Assembly (NCBI GenBank): GCA_045594045.1
Contig: JAZNXV010000004.1
Span: forward strand, 1,610 to 65,609
Direction of reading: 5' to 3'
DNA length: 64,000 nucleotides
Origin: Clostridia bacterium
GTDB taxonomy: Bacteria > Bacillota > Clostridia > Christensenellales > QALW01
Part shown: one piece after another, positions 45,921 through 56,963 of the stretch
Position numbering within the stretch: the stretch's first letter is position 1
Layout of the letters: each line of letters opens with the position of its first letter
Translations under genes and position numbers: made by a program
The notes under the pieces: model-generated
Databases searched by the model: none
Seen by the model: the letters and a program-made list of their open reading frames with translations, nothing else
Told to the model about the DNA's origin: nothing

Positions 45921-46622
45921 TTACATATACATTCCGCCGTTTACGGCAAAAACTTGTCCTGTAATATAATCAGCCTTGCTTGAACATAAAAACTCTGTTA
46001 AATATGCAACTTCTTCAGGTTTTCCAAATCGTTTTAACGGTATTTGCTCTATAAGTTCTTTTTTTTCTTCTTCAGAAAGACGGCTGTTCATTTTACCTTC
46101 AATTACGCCCGGGCAAATGCAGTTAACATTTATGTTAGAATATTCTTTAGCAAGTGCCTTTGTTAAGCCTATAACCCCTGCCTTAGCCGCAGAATATGCG
46201 CTTTCGCAAGCTCCGCCGCACTGCCCCCAAATGCTTGAGATATTAACTATTTTTCCGCCGTTCCACATCATATAATCAAGGGCGCATTTGGTAGTGTTAT
46301 ACACGCCTGTTAAATCCGTATCAATGACTTTTTGCCAATCTTCAGCATTCGTGTCACAAAGCATAGATATATGCTGAACACCTGCGTTATTGATTAAAAT
46401 ATCAACGCCGCCGAATTTTTCTTTAACAAACAAAAACATTTGCTCTACCTGGCCAAAATCGCGAATATCGGCTTTATAGCTTATGGCATTTTCGCCTAAA
46501 GAAGCAACGTCAAGCGGCGTATTGTTATAATGAAAAACAACTTTATACCCTAAACTTAAAAAAAGCTTTCCGCAGGCATAACCAATATCGCCCGAAGCAC
46601 CTGTAATTAAAACTGTTTTCAT
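45921..46622 (-). CDS. SDR-family oxidoreductase (FabG-like)
   Basis: 233 aa with TGASGDIG, NNAG and YSAAK. Confidence 0.8.
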   Translation of the reverse strand: MKTVLITGASGDIGYACGKLFLSLGYKVVFHYNNTPLDVASLGENAISYKADIRDFGQVEQMFLFVKEKFGGVDILINNAGVQHISMLCDTNAEDWQKVIDTDLTGVYNTTKCALDYMMWNGGKIVNISSIWGQCGGACESAYSAAKAGVIGLTKALAKEYSNINVNCICPGVIEGKMNSRLSEEEKKELIEQIPLKRFGKPEEVAYLTEFLCSSKADYITGQVFAVNGGMYM

Positions 46623-47305
46623 TTTATCAACTCCTTAATAACCCAGGACGCCATAGTAAGCCCTGCCACGCTCGGTACAAAGGATATGCTTGCGGGAGCG
46701 CCTTGAGTTTGCACCGGTTCTTCCTTTGAATATACAACCATAAGAGAATCTATCCCCTGTTTTTTTAGCATTGTGCGCACCTTGCGCGCTAAAGGACAGT
46801 AATTTGTTTTATATATATCGGTAAGCTCAAATTGAGTTGGGTCTAATTTATTACCCGTGCCCATACAAGAAATGATTTTTGTATTCGCCCCCTTTGCACA
46901 AGTAATAAGCAATATTTTTTCGTTTACCGAATCAATACAGTCAAGAACACAATCATAAGAAGAAAAATCAAATTCTCTCATTGTTTCTTCCGAAAAGAAA
47001 ACAGGCTTTTCAATAACTGTTGCATTTGGATTAATATCTAAAATTCTATCCTTCATAACGGAAGTTTTATTTTTCCCCAAGGTAGAATTCAACGCCACAA
47101 GCTGACGGTTTAAGTTGCTGAGGGCAACCACGTCGTTATCTACAAGAGTTATTTCTCCAACTCCTGCGCGGGCAACTGCTTCGGCAGCATAGGAGCCTAC
47201 ACCGCCTATACCGAAAACAGCTACTCTGCTGTTTTGAAGCTTTATTAAGTTTTCCTTACCTATAAGCTTTTCAGTGCGCGCTTGGGCAGAATAAAAATCA
47301 AACAT
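46619..47305 (-). CDS. tcdA: ThiF/E1-like protein, probable tRNA t6A37 dehydratase TcdA
   Basis: 228 aa with the Rossmann motif GIGGVGSYAAEAVARAGVG. Its size and pattern match short TcdA/CsdL-type proteins. Confidence 0.7.
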   Translation of the reverse strand: MFDFYSAQARTEKLIGKENLIKLQNSRVAVFGIGGVGSYAAEAVARAGVGEITLVDNDVVALSNLNRQLVALNSTLGKNKTSVMKDRILDINPNATVIEKPVFFSEETMREFDFSSYDCVLDCIDSVNEKILLITCAKGANTKIISCMGTGNKLDPTQFELTDIYKTNYCPLARKVRTMLKKQGIDSLMVVYSKEEPVQTQGAPASISFVPSVAGLTMASWVIKELIK

Positions 47306-47489
47306 AACTCTCTAAATTTTAACCTTTTTTAATCAGTTTGCATAGTTACCGACAATAATTATTCAGTGTATATTGTATCACATCTGCATACATTTTCAAA
47401 GCAATTTTTGGTTTTTTTATATTTTGTCGTAGAAATTTATATGTTTTCTTCTTATTTTCAAAAAATATTCATATAAATAAAAATTTTTG

Positions 47490-47498
47490 TGCTATAAT
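47490..47498 (+). promoter_or_regulatory. Extended -10 element TGcTATAAT upstream of the ABC fusion gene
   Basis: tgctataat at 47490-47498 in a very AT-rich 220-nt intergenic region. Confidence 0.4.
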
Positions 47499-47527
47499 TA
47501 TATAAATTAAATATGGTGGTGTTCTAT

Positions 47528-50500
47528 ATGTTACTGCTAAAAAATATAAAAAAGAGTTATACCGAAGGCAACACCGTAAACGCTCTTAACGGCGTTAATA
47601 TTGCCTTCAGACAAAATGAATTCGTTGCTGTGCTCGGTCCCAGCGGAAGCGGCAAAACAACCCTGCTTAATATTGTTGGCGGGCTTGACCAATATACCGA
47701 TGGCGACCTTGTTATTAACGGCAAATCTACTAAAGATTTTACCGACAGCGATTGGGATACCTATCGCAATCACTCGGTTGGCTTCGTTTTTCAGAGCTAC
47801 AATCTTATTCCCCATCAAAGCGTGCTTTCAAACGTTGAGCTTGCCCTTACCTTAACGGGCGTTAAGCGCTCCGAGCGCAGAGAGCGTGCCCGCGCGGCTC
47901 TTGAAAAGGTTGGGCTTGGCGACCAGATAAGCAAAAAGCCTAATCAGATGTCGGGCGGACAGATGCAACGTGTTGCCATTGCCCGTGCCCTTGTAAACAA
48001 CCCCGATATTTTACTTGCTGACGAGCCTACGGGTGCTCTTGACTCTGTAACAAGCCTGCAGATAATGGAGCTTTTAAAGGAGGTTTCCCGTGACCGCCTT
48101 GTTATTATGGTTACCCATAACCCCGACCTTGCAGAGCAATATGCCAACAGAATTATTAAGCTTAAAGACGGTCAGGTTGTTGACGATACCAATCCTTTTT
48201 CTTCCGAAGAGGAAAAGCCCTCAGGCAAAAAGGCGAAAAAACCTTCTATGTCCTTTTTAACAGCTCTGTCACTTTCCCTTAATAACCTGATGACGAAAAA
48301 GGCGCGCACTTTTTTAACTAGCTTTGCAGGTTCTATAGGCATTATAGGTATTGCGCTTATTTTGGCGCTTTCAAGCGGCGTTGATGCGTATATCAACAAC
48401 GTGCAGGAGGACACCCTTACGTCCTATCCCGTTCAAATACAAGCGGAGCAAATGGATATGAGCAGCTTGATTACGGGCATTTTGAACGCCAAGGAAGCTT
48501 CAGAGCATGAACGTGATGCCGTATACGCTAATGCGGTTATGTATGAGCTTGCAAACTCAATGAACAGCGCCAACATAGTAAAGAACAATCTTGCAGGCTT
48601 AAAGAATTATTTTGAAGAAAATAACAAAACCGTTATTAAGCACGCCCGCGCAATTCAATACTTGTATGACGTTCCTTTAAATATATATTCCAAGGATTCC
48701 GACGGAAAATATCAAAAGGCAGATATTATGGAAATCCTTGAAAGCATGAGTGAAGGTTCTTCTATGGGCGGCAGTTTTTCGTCCATGGGCAATATGAGCC
48801 AAATGTTCGGTGGATTTTCTTCGTTTAACACTTGGGGAGAGATGCTTTCGGGAATAAACGGCGAAGCTATTTCCGACGTCATTTTAGACCAATACGAGCT
48901 TGTTGCAGGCTCTTGGCCCAGCGATAAAACCCACATTACCTTGGTGCTTGACAAGAATAATGAAATTACCGATATAACTCTCCATGCTTTAGGCTTAAAG
49001 AGCACCGATAAAATTATTTCCGATATGCTTGCCGCCCAAAAAGGCGATATTGTAGAACAAGAGGTTGCAAAATATTCTTACGAGGATATTTTAAGCCGCA
49101 CCATGAAGCTCATAAGTGCAACGGATTATTACGTTGACAGCGATAACAACGGCATTTGGGAAGACGTCAGCAAGAACGAAAACTCTATGGACGTAATTAT
49201 TTCAAGCGGTCTTGAGCTTAAGGTTACGGGCATTATTCGCCCGAAGGACGATGCCAACGTTAACGGTAACACCACTCTTTACTACACTCACGATTTAACC
49301 GAATATCTTATAGAGCGCACAAACTCCTCTGTTATTGTTAAGGCTCAATCAAAGGAAGAAAACAAAAACCTTGATATTTTCACGGGTCTGCCCTTTGTTT
49401 TAGAAAATCAGATAGAAATAACCGTAGAGCAGGCGGCAAAGGAAATGCGTGAGCACTTTAAAACTTTAACGCCCACAGAGAAGGCCGATACCTACCAAAA
49501 GATGCTGGGCTTTTATAAGGAAGAGGATTTGAAAAAAGACGTTGACGCGCTTATGGCAAATTTCCCTGACCGTGCTTCGTTAGAGGAAATGATTTTCGAG
49601 CGTTATTCCTCCTCCACCGGTGTTAGCAAGGAAGATATAGAAAAATTCATAAGCGAGTATTCTGACGAAGAATTAAACGATTTGGTGCGCGAGCAGGTTG
49701 AAAAAATGCTTATTAGCCAAAGGGAATCCAAGGCAAAAAGCGAAATTGCCGCTATAATAGCCGCGCCCAGCGAAAGTGAGCTTAACAGCTTTAAAGCCCA
49801 AATCACCTCAAGGCTTGCAGACAAAAATACAAAAATAATGTATATTGTTTCCGAATATACAAAAACCATAAGTCTGCCTGCACAAACGATAATGGCTCAC
49901 TTAATGACTCTTTCCGACGGTGAAATTGATGCCATTGTAGATACTCTTGCTACAAAAACCGCTACGGAATTATATAATCAGTATGCTTCTTCGGCAAACA
50001 GCGACAGCGAAAAAAAGCTTGCCGATGCTTTTGACAAATACGTTTCAGCTCTTTCCGACGAAAATTTAGCTCCTATGTATGACACCTGTATGCCGCCTAA
50101 GGCATCAAGTTCCAGCTTGAAGGATAACTTAGAGCTTTTGGGTGTAACCGATTCGCAAGCCCCCGCTTCTATATATATTTACACCTCTACCTTCGCCGCA
50201 AAGGATTCTATTAAGGAAATGATAGAGGAGTACAACTTATCAGCAAGTGAAGAGGACAAGATTGAATACACCGACTACGTAGCACTTATTATGTCCTCAG
50301 TAACAACTATTTTAGATGCCATAACATACGTTTTAATTGCATTCGTATCAATCTCCCTTGTGGTTTCTTCTATAATGATAGGTATCATCACCTATATTTC
50401 CGTTTTAGAGCGTACCAAGGAAATAGGCATTTTGCGCGCTATGGGTGCTTCAAAGAAAGACGTTTCAAGAGTATTCAACGCCGAAACGCTCATTATTGGC

Positions 50501-50725
50501 TTTGTGGCAGGCTTAATTGGCGTACTGGGCACGGTTTTAATCTGTATCCCCGTAAACGCCATTGTCCGTGCAGTAACGGATATCCCCGAATTAACAGCCT
50601 ATTTGCCCCTTGAAGGCGCACTGGTTTTAATGGCAATAAGCGTTGTTTTAACAGTTATTGCAGGTCTGTTCCCCGCACGCCTTGCGGCTAAAAAGGACCC
50701 CGCCGTAGCGCTGAGAAGCGAGTAA
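47528..50725 (+). CDS. Fused ABC ATPase - FtsX/MacB-type permease with a very large extracytoplasmic domain
   Basis: ATG 47528 (MLLLKNIKKSY). It has Walker A GPSGSGKTT, signature MSGGQMQRVA and Walker B LLADEP. TM1 lies at about aa 255-285. About 640 aa of soluble, partly coiled-coil sequence follow, then an FtsX 3-TM bundle ending ..PARLAAKKDPAVALRSE. Confidence 0.85.
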   Translation: MLLLKNIKKSYTEGNTVNALNGVNIAFRQNEFVAVLGPSGSGKTTLLNIVGGLDQYTDGDLVINGKSTKDFTDSDWDTYRNHSVGFVFQSYNLIPHQSVLSNVELALTLTGVKRSERRERARAALEKVGLGDQISKKPNQMSGGQMQRVAIARALVNNPDILLADEPTGALDSVTSLQIMELLKEVSRDRLVIMVTHNPDLAEQYANRIIKLKDGQVVDDTNPFSSEEEKPSGKKAKKPSMSFLTALSLSLNNLMTKKARTFLTSFAGSIGIIGIALILALSSGVDAYINNVQEDTLTSYPVQIQAEQMDMSSLITGILNAKEASEHERDAVYANAVMYELANSMNSANIVKNNLAGLKNYFEENNKTVIKHARAIQYLYDVPLNIYSKDSDGKYQKADIMEILESMSEGSSMGGSFSSMGNMSQMFGGFSSFNTWGEMLSGINGEAISDVILDQYELVAGSWPSDKTHITLVLDKNNEITDITLHALGLKSTDKIISDMLAAQKGDIVEQEVAKYSYEDILSRTMKLISATDYYVDSDNNGIWEDVSKNENSMDVIISSGLELKVTGIIRPKDDANVNGNTTLYYTHDLTEYLIERTNSSVIVKAQSKEENKNLDIFTGLPFVLENQIEITVEQAAKEMREHFKTLTPTEKADTYQKMLGFYKEEDLKKDVDALMANFPDRASLEEMIFERYSSSTGVSKEDIEKFISEYSDEELNDLVREQVEKMLISQRESKAKSEIAAIIAAPSESELNSFKAQITSRLADKNTKIMYIVSEYTKTISLPAQTIMAHLMTLSDGEIDAIVDTLATKTATELYNQYASSANSDSEKKLADAFDKYVSALSDENLAPMYDTCMPPKASSSSLKDNLELLGVTDSQAPASIYIYTSTFAAKDSIKEMIEEYNLSASEEDKIEYTDYVALIMSSVTTILDAITYVLIAFVSISLVVSSIMIGIITYISVLERTKEIGILRAMGASKKDVSRVFNAETLIIGFVAGLIGVLGTVLICIPVNAIVRAVTDIPELTAYLPLEGALVLMAISVVLTVIAGLFPARLAAKKDPAVALRSE

Positions 50726-50764
50726 AAAACAAACCTTTAACAGCTTATAAATAATCACGCATAA

Positions 50765-50805
50765 AAAAGCACTTATCCGTACCAACCGTACAAATAAGTG
50801 CTTTT
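50765..50805. terminator. Bidirectional terminator
   Basis: 12-bp stem aaaagcacttat/ataagtgctttt with T-runs. Confidence 0.75.
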
Positions 50806-50820
50806 ATTTTTTAACTTATA

Positions 50821-52296
50821 TTACTTACCTAAGCAAGCCTTTTTAAAGGTTGCGTATGCTTCGTCCCAAGCCTTATCGCCTGAGGGAGTGTAAACTGCGG
50901 TTTCAGCAGAAGCCTTGATAACCTCGCGCACACCCTTAAGACCCTTAATATCCCCAAGAGCCATAAATTGCACTGCAATATTACCCATAGCGGTTGCTTC
51001 AACGGGGCCTGCAACAACGCGTCTGCCTGTTGCGTCGGCAGTCATCTGGCAAAGGAACTTGTCCTTAATTCCGCCGCCTACCATATGAATGGTATCAATC
51101 TTTGTGCCAAGCATTTCTTCCATACTCTCTGTTACGTAGCGATATTTAAGTGCAAGGCTTTGATAGATGCAAAGTACAACGTCGCCCATCGTTTCGGGAA
51201 CTGCAAGGTTAGCATTTTTGCAGAATTCCTTAATTCTGCCGGGCATATCTCCGGGAGGTGTAAAGCCGTCAAAATCGGGGTTAACAAATGAAGCAAAGGG
51301 TTTTGAAGCTTTAGCGGCTGTTTCCATATCATTAAAGGAATAGTCAAAGCCTTCTCTCTTCCATTGTCTGCGGCTTTCCTGAATAAGCCATAAGCCCATA
51401 ATATTGCTCAAGAATCTTGAGGTACGGTCAACGCCGCCTTCGTTAGTAAAGTTGAAGGACATAGCAGTATCGTTAATTAAAGGCTTTTCAAGTTCTGTAC
51501 CCATAAGCGACCAAGTTCCGCAGCTTATGTAAAGGCTTGTTTTGGGGTCGTCAAAGGGAACTGATGCTACTGCCGAGCCGGTATCATGAGATGCTACACA
51601 GATAACGGGAACTTCGGGCATTTGAAGTTCACGGGCAAGTTCGGGCTTAAGAGTGCCTAAAACTGTACCTGAATCAACGATATTCTTAAAAAGCTTTCTG
51701 TCGATTTCAAGAGCATCAATAAGAGAATATTCCCAGTCGCCCTCAACGGGATTTAAAAGCTGTGTTGTGGAAACGTTAGAATATTCAGCAGCCATTTTCC
51801 CTGTTAAAAGATAGTTGAAAAGGTCAGGAATTAAAAGCAAATGCTCTGCTCTGTCTAAAAGCTCGGGCTTATTTTTCTTTAAGTTGCGAAGCTGATAAAG
51901 TGTGTTAAACGCCAAGAACTGTAAGCCCGTTTTCTTATAAATGTTTTCCTTACCAAGTTCCTTAAAGGTTTCTTCCATATTTTCAACCTTTGCATCACGG
52001 TAGTGGTATGGGTTAGCTAAAATTTCGCCGTCAGCATCGATTAAAGCAAAGTCAACACCCCAAGTGTCAATACCGATTGCCTCAATATCCTTGTGGCCAA
52101 GTGCCGAGCACTTTAAAATGCCTTGTTTTATTTCAAAAAACAGTCTTAAAATATCCCAATAAAAATGGCCGTTAACTTCTACAGGGTCATTTGAAAAGCG
52201 GTGTATTTCCTCAAGTGCAATTTTGCCGTTATCAAAAGTGCCTAAAATAGCGCGACCGCTTGAAGCGCCAAAGTCAAATGCAAGAACTTTTTTCAT
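50821..52296 (-). CDS. rhaB: FGGY-family sugar kinase, rhamnulokinase-like
   Basis: 491 aa. The N-terminus AFDFGASSGRAILG......L.EIHRFSN.PV...G...WD closely follows the RhaB pattern. Confidence 0.7.
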   Translation of the reverse strand: MKKVLAFDFGASSGRAILGTFDNGKIALEEIHRFSNDPVEVNGHFYWDILRLFFEIKQGILKCSALGHKDIEAIGIDTWGVDFALIDADGEILANPYHYRDAKVENMEETFKELGKENIYKKTGLQFLAFNTLYQLRNLKKNKPELLDRAEHLLLIPDLFNYLLTGKMAAEYSNVSTTQLLNPVEGDWEYSLIDALEIDRKLFKNIVDSGTVLGTLKPELARELQMPEVPVICVASHDTGSAVASVPFDDPKTSLYISCGTWSLMGTELEKPLINDTAMSFNFTNEGGVDRTSRFLSNIMGLWLIQESRRQWKREGFDYSFNDMETAAKASKPFASFVNPDFDGFTPPGDMPGRIKEFCKNANLAVPETMGDVVLCIYQSLALKYRYVTESMEEMLGTKIDTIHMVGGGIKDKFLCQMTADATGRRVVAGPVEATAMGNIAVQFMALGDIKGLKGVREVIKASAETAVYTPSGDKAWDEAYATFKKACLGK

Positions 52297-52389
52297 TTTG
52301 TTTCTCCTTAAAAATAAATATATTGATATAATACCACTTATTAGTTAAAAAATCAATGATAATATTGTTATTTATACCCAACATTGAGC

Positions 52390-54525
52390 TTAAACAGGTC
52401 TTTTCATAGTAAGGGAAATGCGTTTTTTGTTTGTATCAACAGCCAACACCCAAACGGTTACCACCTGCCCTACCTTTAAGACTTCCATTGGGTGCTTAAT
52501 AAACCGATCGGTTATCTGTGAAATATGCACAAGTCCGTCCTGATGCACGCCGATATCGACAAACGCGCCAAAGTCAATTATATTGCGCACAGTACCCTTT
52601 ATTTCCATACCCGGCTTTAAATCCTCCATACCCATAACCTCTCGCTTCAGCATTGGTGGCGGAAGCTCGTCGCGCACGTCGCGCCCGGGCTTTTCAAGCT
52701 CTTTTATAATATCCTTTAGGGTAGGCTCGCCCGTATTTAATTCCTCTGCAAGCTTTTTTATTCCGTAGGCTTCGGCTTTTTGGGTCAGTGAAGAAAATTC
52801 CTTGTCCTTTTTTAAATCAAAGCCTAATTTTTCAAGCAAGCCTTTGGCACAATCATAGCTTTCAGGGTGAACAGCCGTATTTTCAAGCACGTTTTTGCTC
52901 TCGGGCACACGCAGAAAGCCGGCACATTGTTCAAATGCTTTCGGTCCTAACTTAGGAATCTTTTTGAACTGTGCACGGGACGTAAACGCGCCGTTTTCTT
53001 CTCTAAATTCTACTATGCTCTTTGCAAGGGCATCGCCTATGCCTGCAACAAAGGATAAAAGCCTGGGAGATGCAGTATTAACGTCAACGCCCACGTTATT
53101 AACGCAATCTTCCACAACGCCTTCCAAAGTGTTATCAAGCTGTGCAGGGGGCATATCGTGCTGATATTGCCCTACGCCTATTGCCTTGGGCTCAATTTTA
53201 ACAAGCTCTGCAAGGGGGTCCTGAAGTCTGCGGGCAATACTTACTGCGCTACGCAAGGAAACGTCATAATCAGGGAATTCCTTGGCGGCAAGGGGTGATG
53301 CGGAATAAACCGATGCCCCCGCTTCTGATACTACCATATAAGATAAATCCAAATTGTTTTCGGCAATAATATCTGCAACGAGAACCTCTGTTTCGTGGCT
53401 TGCGGTACCGTTACCGATAGCACAAAGGTCAACGTTATGCTTTTTAATAAGCTGTTTTAAATATTCCTTTGCCTTTTCTTTATCGTGGTTAGGCAACGTT
53501 GCATAAATAACACCCGTATCCAAAACCTTACCCGTAGAATCAACTACCGCTACTTTACAGCCCGTTCTGTAGCCCGGGTCAAGACCTAATACACACTTAT
53601 TTTTTATAGGGGGCGCCATTAAAAGCTGACGAAGATTTACGCCGAACACCTTAATTGCGCTTTCCGTAGCTTTGTCAGTTAAATCAGAACGTATTTCACG
53701 CTCTATAGCAGGAAAAATAAGGCGTTTATAGGCATCTTCCGCCGCTTCAAGCACCTGAAGGGAGCATTTATTATCGCCCGTAATATGAAGCGTTTTAATG
53801 ATATTTAAAGCCTTTGCCTCGTCAAAGTCAATGCTTACCTTTAAAAAGTCTTCCTTTTCGCCGCGGTTTACTGCCAACACTCTGTGACCTGCTACCTTTG
53901 TTAAAGGCTCGCTGAATTCCTTGTACATCTCGTACACGTCCAAATCCTCTTTAGCGCCCGAAGAACATAAATCACCGTTATGATAGCATACGTAGCGGAG
54001 GCGCTTTCTTGTTTCGGCATCATCGGAGATCTTTTCCGCCAGAATATCTCTTGCGCCTGCAAGAGCATCTTCAACGGTTTCAACACCCTTTTCGGCATTT
54101 ATAAAATCTTGTGCCAGAGTGATAGGGTCTAAATCTGCCTGAAGATAAATTTTTTCTGCTAAAGGCTCTAATCCTTTTTCTTTTGCAACACTTGCCCTTG
54201 TTCTGCGTTTAGGCTTATAGGGGCGGTAAATATCTTCTACCTCGGTCAACGTTTTTGCCTCATCAAGAGCAAGAGAAATTTCGTCTGTTAACGCGCCTAA
54301 AGCTTCGATAGCCGACCTAACCTTTTCTTTAGCAGCGCTAAGCTTACGGTTGAATTCCAGCGCGTCAGCAAACTCACGCAAAATCTGGTCATCAAGAGAA
54401 CCTGTTTTTTCTTTTCTGTACCTGGCAATAAACGGAATTGTGTTGCCCTCGTCAATAAGCGCAATAACGTTTTCCGCCTGCCATAAATTAACATTAAATT
54501 TATCTGCTAAAATTTTTGCTTCCAT
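52390..54525 (-). CDS. tex: Tex-like transcription accessory protein (YqgF/HhH/S1 domains)
   Basis: 711 aa with ..TIPFIARYRKE.TG.LD.. at the N-terminus and a C-terminal S1 domain GTVRNIIDFGAFVDIG. Confidence 0.92.
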   Translation of the reverse strand: MEAKILADKFNVNLWQAENVIALIDEGNTIPFIARYRKEKTGSLDDQILREFADALEFNRKLSAAKEKVRSAIEALGALTDEISLALDEAKTLTEVEDIYRPYKPKRRTRASVAKEKGLEPLAEKIYLQADLDPITLAQDFINAEKGVETVEDALAGARDILAEKISDDAETRKRLRYVCYHNGDLCSSGAKEDLDVYEMYKEFSEPLTKVAGHRVLAVNRGEKEDFLKVSIDFDEAKALNIIKTLHITGDNKCSLQVLEAAEDAYKRLIFPAIEREIRSDLTDKATESAIKVFGVNLRQLLMAPPIKNKCVLGLDPGYRTGCKVAVVDSTGKVLDTGVIYATLPNHDKEKAKEYLKQLIKKHNVDLCAIGNGTASHETEVLVADIIAENNLDLSYMVVSEAGASVYSASPLAAKEFPDYDVSLRSAVSIARRLQDPLAELVKIEPKAIGVGQYQHDMPPAQLDNTLEGVVEDCVNNVGVDVNTASPRLLSFVAGIGDALAKSIVEFREENGAFTSRAQFKKIPKLGPKAFEQCAGFLRVPESKNVLENTAVHPESYDCAKGLLEKLGFDLKKDKEFSSLTQKAEAYGIKKLAEELNTGEPTLKDIIKELEKPGRDVRDELPPPMLKREVMGMEDLKPGMEIKGTVRNIIDFGAFVDIGVHQDGLVHISQITDRFIKHPMEVLKVGQVVTVWVLAVDTNKKRISLTMKRPV

Positions 54526-54636
54526 TTTTTCACCTCGAATATTTATGAATTTATTTTACCACATTTTAGGGTATTTTTCAATAAATATTCTTGCAAAACA
54601 ATCGGTAAAATGCTATACTTTTAGTGAGGTGTTATT

Positions 54637-55269
54637 ATGGAAAACAAAGTTAAACGCAACGAGCTTTTGGGCAAAGCCTTGGTCAAGAATTTTAATGCCC
54701 GTTTTTTTGAAAGCTATTACTGCGCCACAAAGGAAGAAGCCGCAGATAAGGCACTTTCGTTAATAGAAGAAAATTCCCTTGTTACCTGGGGCGGCGGAAT
54801 GTCCCTTTTTGAGTGCGGATTAATAGACAAACTGAAAAAAGGAAATTATAATCTTCTTGACCGCGCACTTTTTTCGGCAGAAGAAAAAGAAGCAGTTTAC
54901 CGCAAAGCATTTTATGCCGACACTTATTTAATGAGTGCCAATGCCGTAAGCGCAAGCGGTGAGCTTGTAAATATTGACGGCACAGGCAATCGCCTTGCCG
55001 CAATGTGCTACGGACCTAAACAAATAATCGTAGTAGTAGGTTTAAACAAGGTTGCGCCTGATTTAGATAGCGCAATTAAGCGTGCACGAAGCATTGCCGC
55101 ACCCATAAATGCCCAGCGCTTTGATTTAAAAACTCCCTGCAAATGCACCGGCACCTGCGGCGACTGTCTATCCCCCGACAGCATTTGCGCACAGTTTTTA
55201 GTTACCAGAATTTCCAGACCCAAAGGCAGAATTAAAATAGTTTTCTGCGGTGAGGATTTGGGGTATTAA
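54637..55269 (+). CDS. LUD-domain (YkgG/LutC-like, DUF162) protein with a C-terminal Cys cluster
   Basis: 210 aa containing ..SANAVSASGELVNIDGTGNR.. and the C-terminal CKCTGTCGDCLSPDSIC. Confidence 0.65.
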   Translation: MENKVKRNELLGKALVKNFNARFFESYYCATKEEAADKALSLIEENSLVTWGGGMSLFECGLIDKLKKGNYNLLDRALFSAEEKEAVYRKAFYADTYLMSANAVSASGELVNIDGTGNRLAAMCYGPKQIIVVVGLNKVAPDLDSAIKRARSIAAPINAQRFDLKTPCKCTGTCGDCLSPDSICAQFLVTRISRPKGRIKIVFCGEDLGY

Positions 55270-55308
55270 TTTCCTTTATAATATAATAAAATTTTACATG
55301 CAAAAAAC

Positions 55309-55337
55309 AAAGCGGAACGCTCCTTGCGTTCCGCTTT
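55309..55337. terminator. Bidirectional terminator
   Basis: 12-bp stem aaagcggaacgc/gcgttccgcttt. Confidence 0.75.
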
Positions 55338-55342
55338 TAATT

Positions 55343-56725
55343 TTAAAACTCTGCTGAATTAGGTGTTCTGGGATAAGGAATAACGTCGCGGATATTTTCC
55401 ATACCGGTAATATAGCGCATCATTCTTTCAACGCCCATACCGAAGCCTGAATGTTGGCAAGTGCCGTACCTACGAAGATCCAAATACCATGAATAATCTT
55501 CGGGGTTAAGCCCTAATTCTTCAACGCGCTTCATAAGCACGTCATACCGTTCTTCTCTTTGACTTGAACCAACGATTTCGCCAAGGCCGGGGAAAAGAAG
55601 GTCTGTTGCGGCAACGGTTTCGTTGTCGTCGTTCAGGCGCATATAGAAGCTTTTGCACTCCTTGGGATAGTCAGTAACGAAAACGGGTCTTTTATAAACA
55701 ACGTCAGCAAGATATTTTTCGTGCTCAGTCTGAATACCTGTGCCCCATTTTGCAGGAATATCGAATTTTACGCCGCTGTTATTTAAAATATCAAGAGCTT
55801 CGCGATACGTTACGCGAGCAAAATCGCTGTTTACCGTGTTGTTAAGCTTTTCGATTAAGCCCTTTTCCATAAACTTATCAAAGAAGTTCAGCTCGTCGGG
55901 ACAGTTTTCAAGCACGTATTTAATAACGTATTTTGAAAGCGCCTCAATAGTATCCATTAAATCGTTAAGGTCGGCAAAAGCCATTTCAGGCTCAACCTGC
56001 CAGAACTCTGCGGCGTGACGGGGAGTATTGCTGTTTTCTGCTCTGAAGCAGGGACCGAAGGTATAAACGTTTCTGAATCCCCAACAGAAAGGCTCAACGT
56101 TAAGCTGACCGCTTACCGTCATAAAGGCTTGCTTACCAAAGAAATCCTTTGACCAATCAACAGCGCCTTCTTCAGTGCGAGGAGGATTATCAACGTCCAT
56201 TGTAGAGATGCGGAAAACCTCTCCTGCGCCTTCACAGTCACTTGTAGTAACGCAAGGAGTAGCGATATATACGAATCCGTTATCCTGCAAGAATTTATGA
56301 ATAGCATAGGTTAATACAGAACGCACTCTGAAAACTGCAGTAAAGGTGTTTGTTCTTGGGCGCAAATGAGCAACTGAGCGCAAATATTCAAAAGAATGTT
56401 TTTTCTTTTGAATTGGGAAATCAGGCTCGCTTGTGCCGTGAATTTCAATGTTTGTTGCGTGGATTTCCAAAGGCTGACGGGCATCAGGTGTAAGCACAAC
56501 GTCACCTTCAACAATCAAGCAAGCTGAAACGTTTTGCTTTTCAACCGCATCAAAGTTATCCAAGCTTCTGTCAAAAACTATCTGAATATTTTTTTGGGTA
56601 GTACCGTCGTTAAGTTCGATAAAACCAAAATCCTTTGAAGCTCTTATAGTACGCACCCAACCGGCAACAGTTACGTGCTTTGCTTCCATAGAGCTGTATA
56701 TGTCTTTTACAAGTTGTGTTTTCAT
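55343..56725 (-). CDS. asnS: Asparagine--tRNA ligase
   Basis: 460 aa class IIb aaRS with [25 protein letters not shown] and GFGMGVERM. Confidence 0.93.
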   Translation of the reverse strand: MKTQLVKDIYSSMEAKHVTVAGWVRTIRASKDFGFIELNDGTTQKNIQIVFDRSLDNFDAVEKQNVSACLIVEGDVVLTPDARQPLEIHATNIEIHGTSEPDFPIQKKKHSFEYLRSVAHLRPRTNTFTAVFRVRSVLTYAIHKFLQDNGFVYIATPCVTTSDCEGAGEVFRISTMDVDNPPRTEEGAVDWSKDFFGKQAFMTVSGQLNVEPFCWGFRNVYTFGPCFRAENSNTPRHAAEFWQVEPEMAFADLNDLMDTIEALSKYVIKYVLENCPDELNFFDKFMEKGLIEKLNNTVNSDFARVTYREALDILNNSGVKFDIPAKWGTGIQTEHEKYLADVVYKRPVFVTDYPKECKSFYMRLNDDNETVAATDLLFPGLGEIVGSSQREERYDVLMKRVEELGLNPEDYSWYLDLRRYGTCQHSGFGMGVERMMRYITGMENIRDVIPYPRTPNSAEF

Positions 56726-56753
56726 TTTATTTACCTCCTTGTATAATATAGGT

Positions 56754-56783
56754 ATTATACGCTCATTTGCTTGTGTTTGTCAA
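56754..56783 (-). promoter_or_regulatory. Predicted promoter of asnS
   Basis: On the minus strand: TTGACA, 18-nt spacer, TATAAT. The leader is only about 25-30 nt. Confidence 0.5.
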
Positions 56784-56896
56784 ATGGTTCTTTCCTTCTT
56801 ATGCCTTATTTTAAACAATTAACACGCCAATATTTTAAAGCATACTATCCGTTTACTTTAATATGGTGTCCATTTACTGTTTTATACAAGAAACGC

Positions 56897-56925
56897 TTGC
56901 TAAATAGGGGATTTTATTTTATAAT
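56897..56925 (+). promoter_or_regulatory. Predicted promoter of fba
   Basis: TTGCTA, 17-nt spacer, TATAAT. The RBS is taggagg. Confidence 0.5.
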
Positions 56926-56963
56926 ATATTTGTATAATAAAAATCTTAGGAGGTAATCTTATT

